Assembly: GCA_963734995.1 (NCBI GenBank)
Contig: CAVTJD010000005.1
Span: 462,014 to 526,013, forward strand
Source of the DNA: an uncultured Chloroflexia bacterium
Lineage (GTDB): Bacteria > Chloroflexota > Limnocylindria > Limnocylindrales > CSP1-4
Direction: 5' to 3'
Length of the DNA stretch: 64,000 nt
A model generated the notes under the pieces. The model saw only the letters and a list, made by a program, of their open reading frames with translations, was not told the origin of the DNA and ran no database searches. A program made the position numbers and the translations under genes. Each line of letters opens with the position of its first letter. Positions within the stretch are counted from its first letter, which is position 1. Below, in pieces: positions 42,324 to 51,326 of the stretch.

Positions 42324-42400
42324 CGGGGCGTGGCGCAGCCTGGTAGCGCACCTGAATGGGGTTCAGGAGGTCGAGCGTTCGAATCGCTCCGCCCCGACCA
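42324..42400 (+). tRNA. tRNA-Pro (anticodon GGG)
   Basis: It folds by hand into a cloverleaf. The acceptor stem CGGGGCG/CGCCCCG is perfect, and the D-arm, the anticodon stem CCTGA/TCAGG and the T-arm GAGCG-TTCGAAT-CGCTC all pair. The anticodon loop is ATGGGGT, with U33, anticodon GGG and G37. The encoded CCA end is present. A TAGACT -10 sits just upstream. Confidence 0.9.
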
Positions 42401-42474
42401 TCGATCTGAGCACGAATTGGCCCCTGCGGGCGGTTCCGCAGGGGCTTTCGTTTGGGTGGGCCGTCTCGTTGACC

Positions 42475-42999
42475 TCAGATGTCCAGGCCGGGCAGTCCGT
42501 TGGTGCCGAGCACGAGCGAGATCGCTCCGCCGTGATGCACGTCGTGCTCCATTAGGTGCCAGATCACCCATCCGCGCGTGGTGGATCGGTCCCCGCCACG
42601 TTGGGGGATCCGGGCGACGATGTCCTCCTCCGTCCACCGCTCGAGGCAGTCCTCGACCAGTCGCCAGGTCACATCCAAGGCGTTGACGAGCTCGGTCGCC
42701 GTCCGAGGCTGGGTCTCGTCATCCTCCCAGCCCGCATCCTCGAGCGGCAGGCCGGGAACGGTGGTCCGCGTAACCCGGAACACGTCGCGGACGCCCTGGT
42801 CACCCTCGCCGAGCACATCGTGGAGCCAGTACGCGCGGGCCCCGGCCATGTGGCCGGCGATCTGCCAGATCGCCCATTCGCCAGGACCGGCCCGGAGCGC
42901 GAGCTGCTCCGGGCTGAGATCCGCGATGGCGGCCAGCAGATGTCGCTGATGCGCCGCCCAACCCTCGCGGAACGGCTGGAGCAAAGGGGCAATCGGCAT
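42475..42999 (-). CDS. DinB/YfiT-like (DinB_2) metal-dependent hydrolase family protein
   Basis: It has His-rich motifs (WQIAGHM, HLMEHDVHHGG). The alternative start is at 43023. Confidence 0.7.
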   Translation of the reverse strand: MPIAPLLQPFREGWAAHQRHLLAAIADLSPEQLALRAGPGEWAIWQIAGHMAGARAYWLHDVLGEGDQGVRDVFRVTRTTVPGLPLEDAGWEDDETQPRTATELVNALDVTWRLVEDCLERWTEEDIVARIPQRGGDRSTTRGWVIWHLMEHDVHHGGAISLVLGTNGLPGLDI

Positions 43000-43176
43000 G
43001 GTCGCCAGACTACATCGGGCCACTCGACATCAGGACCTGACGTCCAATCGTGCGCGTTCGGGTGACCTGCGCGCTGCTCGTCGGCGCCGGCGGGCTGGGC
43101 GAGGCAGCATCGACGGTTGGACGCGCCACGACGGACGTCATGACCGCACAATCGGTGGCGTGAGGATGGCCGCCGC

Positions 43177-44154
43177 ATGATGTCCGACCCGACCACGACA
43201 GCCCGTCCGATCGTCGCCGTCAACCCGGCCTCGTCCCGGCTGCACGGCCCGGCCGGAAGACGGCGCCTCGACCGGATTCTGGCCGAGGTGCAACGTGCGG
43301 TCGGTGTGCGCAACGGTCGCGAGCCGGACGTGCTGGCAGAGGGCAGCGCCGAGGCGATGGCGGAAGGCGTCGCGGCGGCCGTGACTGACGGGGCCCATCT
43401 CGTGGTGGCCGTCGGCGGGGATGGGACGGTGCGTGATCTGGCGGGCGTCCTCGCGGGCACGGACGTGCCGCTCGCCATCATCCCGGTCGGGACGGCCAAC
43501 CTGTTCGCGGCGTCGTTGCGGATCCCGATGCGACCGGACCGAGCGGCCGAGATCATCGAGACCGCGCAGCTTCGCCGGGTGGACCTGGGCCGGGTCCGGT
43601 TCGGGGCGCTCGATGGCGAGGGCGGCGACGCTGCGTCGCGCCTGTTCACGGTGGGTGCCGGGATCGGGTTCGATGCGCGTGTCATGGCGAGGGCGAGCGA
43701 GGGATCGAAGCGCCGCCTCGGGCGATACGCGTACTTCGCGGCGGCCGCTCGAGAGCTGGCACAGGCCAGGGCGGCATCGATGCGCGTCGTTGCCGATGGC
43801 CGGGAGCTCGAGGTCGCGGCGTTCGAGGTGCTGGTGGCGAACAGCGGGGAGCTGATCCCGGGCGTGCTGCGGCCTGCGCGACGGATCCGGCCGGATGACG
43901 GTCGGCTGGATGTGTTCATCGTCGAGGGCGACGGCCTGCTCGACGCGGCCCGCGGGGCGTGCGAGGCGATCGTGCGGCGGGACACCGGTGGATCTCGCAG
44001 TGGCCGATCACGGCGGCTCGAGGTCCGCTCGATCCGGGTCAGCGGCCCGGCCGACGAGCCCGTGGAGGTCGACGGGGACGTGGTCGGGATGGGCTGGTTC
44101 GAGGCAGAGTGCGTGCCCCAGTCACTGCGCGTGCTGGCACCTGGACGCACCTGA
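43177..44154 (+). CDS. diacylglycerol kinase catalytic-domain (YegS/DgkA-like lipid kinase) protein
   Basis: It contains the motif AVGGDGTVRDLAGVL...IIPVGTANLFA. Confidence 0.8.
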   Translation: MMSDPTTTARPIVAVNPASSRLHGPAGRRRLDRILAEVQRAVGVRNGREPDVLAEGSAEAMAEGVAAAVTDGAHLVVAVGGDGTVRDLAGVLAGTDVPLAIIPVGTANLFAASLRIPMRPDRAAEIIETAQLRRVDLGRVRFGALDGEGGDAASRLFTVGAGIGFDARVMARASEGSKRRLGRYAYFAAAARELAQARAASMRVVADGRELEVAAFEVLVANSGELIPGVLRPARRIRPDDGRLDVFIVEGDGLLDAARGACEAIVRRDTGGSRSGRSRRLEVRSIRVSGPADEPVEVDGDVVGMGWFEAECVPQSLRVLAPGRT

Positions 44155-44256
44155 GCGGGTCCCGAACCCGCGGCATGGCCGCATCCCGCCCGCTGGCGGG
44201 CAGTACGCTTGCGGGACGCGATCGGCGGGAGGCCGGTTGCGGAGGGAGGTTGGTCG

Positions 44257-45180
44257 ATGGTGTGGCAGGGAGCCGGCGGTTCCGGCGAGGGCGGTGACCC
44301 GGAGGAGGAGACCAGGACCGACTGGGGTGGTCCCGGTGCGCCGCTGCCGAGCCAGCCAACAGCCGGGGTGCCCGGACAACCAACCGCTCCGATCCCGTCC
44401 GGCCCGCCGGCGCCGCCTGCGGGACCGGCGTCCGCGCCACCGCCGCCCGGGCCACCCAACGCACCGATCCCGCCACCGGCCGCGCCCGCACCGCCACCGG
44501 CAGGCAGCGGCCCGTGGGGAGCGCCGGTGGCGGTGCCCACCTATCACCCACTGGCCGTCCCCGGGGCGCCCGGGCTCATCTACGCGGGCGCTCTGCCCAG
44601 GTTCGCCGCCTACATCGTCGACTACCTGCTCCTGTTCCTGATCTCGCTCCCGATCCTTGCGATCACGTCGGGCGCAGGAACGCTGGGCGGCGCCGGGCTC
44701 GCGGTGGCGCTGGTGGGGATCGTGATCGACGCCGCGTACTTCACGCTCCTGTGGTCGAGCTCCTGGCGCGCGACGCCGGGCATGCGCCTGCTCAAGCTCC
44801 AGATCGGTGACGCGACCACCGGCGGGCAGCTCAGCCAGGGACAGGCCTTCCGGCGCTGGCTCGTCTTCGGGACATGGATCCCATCGTTGATCCTCGAACC
44901 CACGCTGTCCGGGCTCGCCTCGCTGATCCTGCTGGGCTGGTTGCTGATCCTGCTTGCGACGATCGCGACGAGCCCCACTCGACAGGGGCTCCACGACCGG
45001 TTCGCCGGAACGGCGATCGTCCAGCCCGTCGATGGCCAGACAAGCGGGTTGTTCATCGGTTGCCTGGTGATCGCCGCCATCGTGGTGCTCGTGTTCGTTG
45101 CCAGCATCGCAGGGCTGATCTTCCTGGGCGGCCAGGTCTCGAGCATCCTGTCCGAGGTTGGCACGTCGGTCCAGCCGTAG
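44257..45180 (+). CDS. RDD family membrane protein with Pro-rich N-terminal region
   Basis: It has the RDD architecture (LPRFAAYIVDYLL...R...GLHDRFAGT) and 3 TM helices. The alternative start is at 44209. Confidence 0.7.
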   Translation: MVWQGAGGSGEGGDPEEETRTDWGGPGAPLPSQPTAGVPGQPTAPIPSGPPAPPAGPASAPPPPGPPNAPIPPPAAPAPPPAGSGPWGAPVAVPTYHPLAVPGAPGLIYAGALPRFAAYIVDYLLLFLISLPILAITSGAGTLGGAGLAVALVGIVIDAAYFTLLWSSSWRATPGMRLLKLQIGDATTGGQLSQGQAFRRWLVFGTWIPSLILEPTLSGLASLILLGWLLILLATIATSPTRQGLHDRFAGTAIVQPVDGQTSGLFIGCLVIAAIVVLVFVASIAGLIFLGGQVSSILSEVGTSVQP

Positions 45181-45217
45181 CCCCTGCCGCCGTCCCGGTC
45201 ATCGGTAGACTGGACAG

Positions 45218-46723
45218 GTGAGCGAACCGGCCCGCGCATCCCTCGATCCAGAGCAGGTCGATGGCCTCAACGACATGGATCCGGAGGCATTCCGGGTGGC
45301 CGCGCACGCCGTGGTCGATCGGATCGCGGACTACCTGGCGGGGGTTGAGGCATACCCTGTCCTGCCCACGATCGAGCCGGGAACCATCGGCCCCCAGCTG
45401 CCGGCGACCGCACCCGAGATGCCCGAGCCGATGGACGCGATCCTCGCCGATGTCGATCGGCTGGTCCTGCCCAACGCGACGCACTGGCAGCACCCCGGCT
45501 TCTTCGCCTACTTCTCGACGTCCGCGTCGGGTGCCGGGATCCTCGGGGAGATGCTGACCGCGGCCCTGGGCCAGAACCCGATGCTGTGGCGGACATCGCC
45601 CATCGGCACCGAGCTCGAGACCGTCGTGGTGGACTGGCTGCGCGCCGCGCTGGGGCTGCCGGATGCGTTCGGAGGGATGCTCACCGACACCGCATCCACA
45701 TCCACGCTCATCTCGCTGGCGGCCGCGCGCGAAGCCGCCGGGCTCAACGCCGCGGAGGATGGTCTGTCCCGACTGGGCACCGCCCAGCCGCGGGTCTACG
45801 CCTCGGCTGAGGCGCACAGCTCCGTCGACAAGGCATGCATGACGCTGGGGCTGGGCCGAGCGGCGCTGGTCAGGATCCCGGTGAACGATGCATACGAGAT
45901 GGACGTGGAGGCCCTCCAGGCGGCGATCGACGAGGACCGCTCGGCGGGTCGGCGGCCGGTCGCCATCGTCGCCACCATCGGCACCACGTCCTCGACCTCG
46001 GTGGACCCGGTGAGCGCGATCGCCGACGTCGCCGCTCGCGAGGGCCTGTGGCTGCACGTCGACAGCGCGTACGCGGGGGCGACCGCGTTGCTGCCGGATC
46101 GCCGAGCGCCGTTCGCGGGCTGGGAACGCGCGGACTCGATCGTCGTCAACCCGCACAAGTGGCTGTTCACGCCCCTCGACGCCTCGCTGCTGCTGTCGCG
46201 GCGGATGGAGCAGCTTCGGGCCGCGTTCAGCCTGGTGCCCGAGTACCTGCGGACGCTCGACCGGGAGCAGCCCGTGCTCGACTACAACGAGTATCAGCCG
46301 CAGCTCGGCCGCCGGATGCGCGCGCTCAAGCTGTGGATGCTCGTTCGCTGGTTCGGGCTCGACGGCCTGCGCCGGCGGCTCGCGTTTCATCTGGCGCTGG
46401 CGGGCGAGTTCGCGGGCTGGGTCGACGGCGACCCCGATTGGGAACGCCTGGCACCGGTCCCGTTCTCGACCGTGTGCTTCCGCTACCGGCCGGCTGCGCT
46501 CGCCGGTCGCGAGGGCGAGGGCGACGTGCCGGACCTGCTCGATGAGCTCAACGAGCGCCTGCTCAACGCGGTCAATCGCAACGGCGAGGTGTTCCTGTCC
46601 CACACCCGGCTTCGCAACCGGTTCACGATCCGCCTCGCCGTCGGCAACCTGCGGACGCAGCAGCGGCACGTGGAGCGGGCCTGGGCGCTGCTCCGCGCGG
46701 AGGCCGCCAGGCTCGATCCCTGA
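45218..46723 (+). CDS. group II PLP-dependent decarboxylase (aromatic-L-amino-acid/DABA decarboxylase family)
   Basis: It has the PLP-lysine motif NPHKWLFTPLD and HVDSAYAG. It is the expected size for the family. Confidence 0.85.
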   Translation: MSEPARASLDPEQVDGLNDMDPEAFRVAAHAVVDRIADYLAGVEAYPVLPTIEPGTIGPQLPATAPEMPEPMDAILADVDRLVLPNATHWQHPGFFAYFSTSASGAGILGEMLTAALGQNPMLWRTSPIGTELETVVVDWLRAALGLPDAFGGMLTDTASTSTLISLAAAREAAGLNAAEDGLSRLGTAQPRVYASAEAHSSVDKACMTLGLGRAALVRIPVNDAYEMDVEALQAAIDEDRSAGRRPVAIVATIGTTSSTSVDPVSAIADVAAREGLWLHVDSAYAGATALLPDRRAPFAGWERADSIVVNPHKWLFTPLDASLLLSRRMEQLRAAFSLVPEYLRTLDREQPVLDYNEYQPQLGRRMRALKLWMLVRWFGLDGLRRRLAFHLALAGEFAGWVDGDPDWERLAPVPFSTVCFRYRPAALAGREGEGDVPDLLDELNERLLNAVNRNGEVFLSHTRLRNRFTIRLAVGNLRTQQRHVERAWALLRAEAARLDP

Positions 46724-46765
46724 CCCCCATCCATCCAGCGACGATCCACGAGGAGGCGACCCACC

Positions 46766-47137
46766 ATGACCGATGCCGCAGCACAGCCGATCGAGGTCCT
46801 GTACTTCTACCGCACGAAGTGGGGGATGCACGACGAGTTCGTGGCCCTGTTCCGCAAGAACCACTGGCCGATCCTGCGCGAGCTCGAGAAGGCCGGGCGG
46901 TTCACGAACGTGGAGCTGTGGGCACCCAGGTTCCACGGTGACGGTCGCGCGGACTGGGACGTGCTGGTGTCGATCACGTACCGGGACTGGGCGGCGATGC
47001 AGGAGCACGCCGACGCGGAGATCGCGCTACGGCTGTACCCGGACCAGGAGACGTTCCGGGCCGAGGAGCAACGCAGGTTCGAGATCCTCGACGCGCACTG
47101 GGACGTCGTGCTCGAGAACCAGGCGCTCGAGCGGTAG
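46766..47137 (+). CDS. small conserved hypothetical protein (possibly dimeric alpha/beta-barrel, NIPSNAP-like)
   Basis: It is a clean ORF with no low-complexity stretches. A hairpin overlaps its stop. Confidence 0.5.
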   Translation: MTDAAAQPIEVLYFYRTKWGMHDEFVALFRKNHWPILRELEKAGRFTNVELWAPRFHGDGRADWDVLVSITYRDWAAMQEHADAEIALRLYPDQETFRAEEQRRFEILDAHWDVVLENQALER

Positions 47138-47153
47138 CCGGGAACGGCTACCG
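47132..47153 (+). terminator. perfect 9-bp stem / GGAA-loop hairpin overlapping the stop codon (intrinsic terminator candidate, no U-tract)
   Basis: The hairpin is CGGTAGCCG-GGAA-CGGCTACCG. Confidence 0.5.
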
Positions 47154-47169
47154 CTTGGCGTCGCCGCGC

Positions 47170-47302
47170 GCCGAGCCCCGCGAGCCGAGCCCCGCGAGCC
47201 GAGCGCCGCGAGCCCGGGGCTGAGCGCGGGGCGCCGGCGTCCGGCAGTTACGGCCCACCCGGACGGATGCCGCAGTCACGGCCCACCCGGACGGATGCCG
47301 CA
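47170..47302. repeat. intergenic repeat block: 3 x 14-bp (gccgagccccgcga) followed by 2 x 28-bp (g.tacggcccacccggacggatgccgca)
   Basis: These are direct tandem repeats that can be seen by eye. Confidence 0.8.
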
Positions 47303-47416
47303 AGCTCGGTGACCCGGACTGACGCCGCATGCTCGGCCAACCCGCGATAATGGGCTCAGCGCACCCGCCGACCGTGGGGCGTCCATCACCGCCTGACCAT
47401 CGGAGGCCGACGCCGA

Positions 47417-47806
47417 GTGCCGTCCATCACCGAGCTCACCCGCATCGAACCCGTCCATCTCGACCGGCTCGAGAAGCAGGGAATCTTCACCACCGGGATC
47501 CTGCTCGAGGTCTCGGAGACGCCGACCCGACGTCAGTCGCTGGCCGACCACGTGGCGGCCACGCCCAACGACGTGGCCCGCTGGCGTGACGAGGCGTTGA
47601 TGCTCAACCTGGCCGGGTTCGGGGGAACGGAGCACCAGCTGTTCATCCAGGCCGGCATCGAGGGCCTGCGGGATGTGCTCTCGCTGGACCTCGACGCGTT
47701 CCGGTTCCAGCTGGGCCGTGCCGCACAGGAGCTCAAGTGGGAGCTGCCGCCGGAGCTCATGATCGATACCTGGTGGGAGCAGGCGCGGACGCTCGAGGAG
47801 GCTTGA
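47417..47806 (+). CDS. hypothetical protein (HhH-like, possibly DUF4332 family)
   Basis: It has a GTG start with a GGAGG RBS. A GATAAT hexamer lies ~65 nt upstream. Confidence 0.5.
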   Translation: MPSITELTRIEPVHLDRLEKQGIFTTGILLEVSETPTRRQSLADHVAATPNDVARWRDEALMLNLAGFGGTEHQLFIQAGIEGLRDVLSLDLDAFRFQLGRAAQELKWELPPELMIDTWWEQARTLEEA

Positions 47807-47909
47807 GCCGCCGCGGCGATACGGACGCCGGCCCGAGATGGCCGCGCGCCGTGCGCTTCCGCGCCCGATCGCCCGGTCGTGCGGGCCACCAGCTACCATC
47901 AGCCGCCTG

Positions 47910-48620
47910 ATGGTGCGCATCCGCGAGGCCCTGATCACGCTGCTGCTGGGCGTCGCCACGACCCTGGTGGTGATCGCGCTGGCGATCCTGCCGTTCCTCA
48001 ACCCGGTCTGGGTCGGGTTCGAGCAGGGCCGCGCACAGGCGGCGGCGTGGACCGGGTTCGAGCCGGGCGAGCTGCGGACGGTGACCGATGCGATCCTCTC
48101 CGACCTCGTCCTCGGACCGCCGACCTTCGATGTCGCCCTCAACGGCCAGCCGGTGCTGAGCGAGCGCGAGCGCCAGCACATGCGCGATGTCCGGGGCGTG
48201 TTCGCAGGCTTCTATGCGCTGGCGATCGCCGGGGCAGCGGTGCTGGCGGTGGCATTCGCGACCAGCCGGACGCCGGAGGCTCGCGCGCGCCTGTGGCGCC
48301 GTCTCGGCCTGATCGGCCGCGTGATCGCCGTGGGCACGGTCGCGGTCGGCATCGCCGGGGTCGCGTTCTTCGACACCGCGTTCGAGCTGTTCCACGAGCT
48401 GTTCTTCCCGCCCGGGAGCTTCCTGTTCGATCCGCGCACGGACCGCCTCGTGCAGCTGTTCCCCGAGACGTTCTGGGTCGAGACGACGATCGGGGTGGGT
48501 GTCGTCGTCGTGGTGCTCGGCGTCGGGCTGGCCTGGCTCGGCGGGCGTCGTGCGACGGCGATCGAGACCCGACGGACGCCCGGACCGGGGCGGGTCGCGT
48601 CGACGGCACCGGTGCGATGA
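47910..48620 (+). CDS. TIGR01906/DUF1461 family integral membrane protein (lipoprotein intramolecular transacylase Lit-like)
   Basis: It contains the signature ELFHELFFPPGSFLFDPRTDRLVQLFPETFW and 4 TM helices. The stop overlaps the next start (ATGA). The alternative start is at 47838. Confidence 0.65.
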   Translation: MVRIREALITLLLGVATTLVVIALAILPFLNPVWVGFEQGRAQAAAWTGFEPGELRTVTDAILSDLVLGPPTFDVALNGQPVLSERERQHMRDVRGVFAGFYALAIAGAAVLAVAFATSRTPEARARLWRRLGLIGRVIAVGTVAVGIAGVAFFDTAFELFHELFFPPGSFLFDPRTDRLVQLFPETFWVETTIGVGVVVVVLGVGLAWLGGRRATAIETRRTPGPGRVASTAPVR

Positions 48621-49771
48621 ACCAGGGCGGGCTGCCGATCGCGCGCCTGCTCGGGATCGAGATCCGGGTGTCGCTCGCGTGGGTCGTGATGCTGGCGGTC
48701 GTGACCGTGGTCGGGACCGATCTCGCGTCCACCCGCGAGCCGACGCTGCACCCTGTCGCGCAGTGGGTCGTGGGGGCCGGCGTCGCGATCCTGTTCCTCG
48801 TCTCGGTGATGGTCCATGAGCTCGCGCACGCGCTGGTGGGCCGCCGGCGGGGCGTGCCGGTGACCTCGGTGCTGCTGGGCTTCGTCGGTGGCCTGGCGCC
48901 GCTCTCGATCCGGGCGCCGCGACCGCGTGACGAATTGGCCATCGCCGCGGCCGGGCCGTTGCTGTCGCTGGCTGCCGGCCTGGTGCTGCTCGTGGCCGGG
49001 CTGGTGGTGGCCGCGCCGTCTGGCATGGTCGCCGTCCTCGCCGATGTGCTGGTCGTGATCGGGGCGCTGAACCTGACCCTCGCGTGCCTCAGCCTGGTTC
49101 CGGCTCTCCCGATCGACGGTGGACGCGTGGTCCGCGCGCTGGCCTGGGCCGGTACCGGCGATCGCGATCGGGCGAGCCTGATCACGGCTCGCGCCGGCAG
49201 GCTCGTCGGCTGGGTCATCGTCGCGATCGGGGTCGCGCTCGCGCTCGCCAATCTCGTGCTCGAGGGCCTGGTGGCGGTTGCCCTGGGTTGGCTGCTCACG
49301 ACCAGCGGCCGGTCGGTCGAACGCCGGGTTGCGATGGAGCGGCTGCTGCGTGGCGTGCACGTCGAGGATGCGATGGACAGGGAGGTGGGCTCGATCGCGC
49401 CGCAGCTCACCATCGACACCTTCGCGGATCGGCTCCAGGGCCCCGACGGGATGGCGGCGTTGCCGGTCGTCGACGGCGATACCGTGGTGGGGATCGTGGG
49501 TCGCCGCCGGCTCATGGGGCTCGGACGCCGGCGGTTCGGCGGCACCCGGGTGAGCGAGGTGATGGCCAGCCCACCGCAGACGCCGCTGCTGGCGCCCGAC
49601 GATTCGCTGTGGGACGCGCTCGAGCTGCTGAGTACCGGGAGCCTGGACGCGCTGGCCGTGGCCGATCACGGACGGCTGGCGGGCATGCTGACCCGGGACG
49701 GCGTCGCGACGCTCGTTCGCTCGCTGGCGGCGCGCCAGGCAACCGGCTCGACGGGAGAGGCCGCCCGATGA
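48617..49771 (+). CDS. site-2 protease family (M50) membrane metalloprotease with tandem CBS domains
   Basis: HELAHAL and LSLVPALPIDGG motifs are present. There is a C-terminal CBS pair. Confidence 0.8.
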   Translation: MNQGGLPIARLLGIEIRVSLAWVVMLAVVTVVGTDLASTREPTLHPVAQWVVGAGVAILFLVSVMVHELAHALVGRRRGVPVTSVLLGFVGGLAPLSIRAPRPRDELAIAAAGPLLSLAAGLVLLVAGLVVAAPSGMVAVLADVLVVIGALNLTLACLSLVPALPIDGGRVVRALAWAGTGDRDRASLITARAGRLVGWVIVAIGVALALANLVLEGLVAVALGWLLTTSGRSVERRVAMERLLRGVHVEDAMDREVGSIAPQLTIDTFADRLQGPDGMAALPVVDGDTVVGIVGRRRLMGLGRRRFGGTRVSEVMASPPQTPLLAPDDSLWDALELLSTGSLDALAVADHGRLAGMLTRDGVATLVRSLAARQATGSTGEAAR

Positions 49772-49805
49772 CACGCAGACAGGCTCGATGGCGGGAAGGG
49801 GTGCG

Positions 49806-51207
49806 ATGACGGGTGGGCTGCTCCCGGTCGAGGCCGCGCAGGCCACGGTGCTTGCCGGTGTCGAGCCACTCGCCGGGATCGAGCGCGTCGCGCCCGAGAC
49901 AGCCCTTGGCAGGGCGCTGGCCGAGGCCGTGTTCGCGAGCACCTCGCTGCCTCCGTGGGACAACTCGGCGATGGACGGGTACGCGATCCGGGCGGCCGAT
50001 GTGGCCGAGGCGCGCGACAGCCGGCCGATCCGCCTGACGGTCGTGGGCGAATCGCGCGCCGGGGTCACCCCTGACGCACGGGTGCTCGCCGGGACGGCGA
50101 TCCGGATCGCGACGGGGGCGCCGATGCCCGACGGTGCGGACGCGGTGGTCCCGGTGGAGCTCACGACGCCGCTCGATGCCTCGGGCAATCCCGGACCTCG
50201 CGGACGCGACGCGACCGGTCCGCTCCCGGCGGCGTGCCTCGTCCACGAGCGAGTGGCCGCCGGTGGCGCGGTCCGCGCCGCGGGGAGCGACGTGGTGGCC
50301 GGCGCGGAGGTGGTGGCCGCGGGCCTGCCGGTGACGCCGGCCGTGGTCGCCCTGGCCGCGGGCTGCGGCGCAGCGACCGTGGCGGTTCGGCGCCGGCCGG
50401 TGGTGGCCGTGCTGGCCACGGGCGATGAGCTCCGGGCCCCGGGCGCCGATCTCGGGCCGGCGGGCATCCCCGATGCCAACGGCCCCGGCCTGCGGGCGCT
50501 GGTCACCGAGGCGGGCGCGGTCCCGCTCGACCTGGGGATCGCCGTCGATGATCTCGCGGATGTGGAGCGGCGGCTCAGGCGCGGTGTCGCCGGCGCCGAC
50601 CTCGTGATCGTGTCGGGCGGTGTGTCGGTCGGCCCGTACGACCACGTTCGAACGGCGTTCGATGCGATCGGCCACATCGACCTGTGGCGGGTGGCCGTCC
50701 AGCCGGGCAAGCCGTTCGCCTTCGGACGCGCGGATGGATCGCGTGGCGGCGCGGACGTGCAGCGTGGCGGCCCGGATGGATCGCGTGGCGGTCCGGATGG
50801 ATCGCGTGGCGGGGCGGGGGAGGACGCGTCGCCGGTGCTGCTGTTCGGGCTGCCGGGCAACCCGGTGTCGGCGTTCGTCACGTTCGAGCTGTTCGTGCGG
50901 CCGGTGATCCGCCGTCTCGCGGGGCACCGTCAGCTCCACCGGTCCGTGGACCGGGCGGTGCTCGAGGAGCCGGTCACCAAGAGTCTCGGACGGCGCGGCG
51001 TACCAGCGGGTGACCGCGCTTCGAGAGCCGGACGGCACGCCGATGCGCAATGACCGGGGCAGGGTCAGGGTCCGCCTGGCGGGCGGGCAGGGGAGTCACG
51101 TCCTGTCGGCGCTCGCGGCCGCGGATGCGCTGGCGGTGATCCCCGAGCCGCTCGAGCGGGTCGCCGCCGGGACCGACGTCGAGCTGCGCTGGCTGGATCG
51201 CGGCTGA
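49806..51207 (+). CDS. moeA: molybdopterin molybdotransferase MoeA, interrupted by a +1 frameshift near 50990-51002
   Basis: The N-terminus (SLPPWDNSAMDGYA), GTGD and GLPGNPVSA are in frame 0. The conserved C-terminus (RLAGGQGSHVLSALAAADALAVIPE) is in the +1 frame (listed ORF 51010..51207). The ATG at 49806 has a GGAAGGGG RBS. Confidence 0.85.
50731..50814. repeat. 4 x 21-bp in-frame tandem repeat inside moeA encoding (A/P)DGSRGG heptads
   Basis: The unit cggatggatcgcgtggcgg.. is repeated four times. Confidence 0.8.
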
Positions 51208-51326
51208 GCGCCGTGCGCACCACCGGGCACGACCGAGGACCGGGGAGGACCGCAGCGCAGGGTGACCCGCCGGGGCACCCGGCCGAAGCCCGGATCAATC
51301 GCTAGGATTTGCCAGCAGGAGGATCG

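Noticed and set aside
42324-47400. Genomic island integrated at tRNA-Pro
   Set aside because: There is no integrase, recombinase or phage genes (xerD at 31287 is the housekeeping dif recombinase, far upstream). I found no direct repeat of the tRNA 3' end and saw no visible compositional break.
51208-51326. Possible Moco riboswitch upstream of moaC
   Set aside because: A ~120-nt leader exists, but I could not recognise the conserved Moco-riboswitch core by eye. It needs a covariance-model (Rfam) scan and is not claimed.
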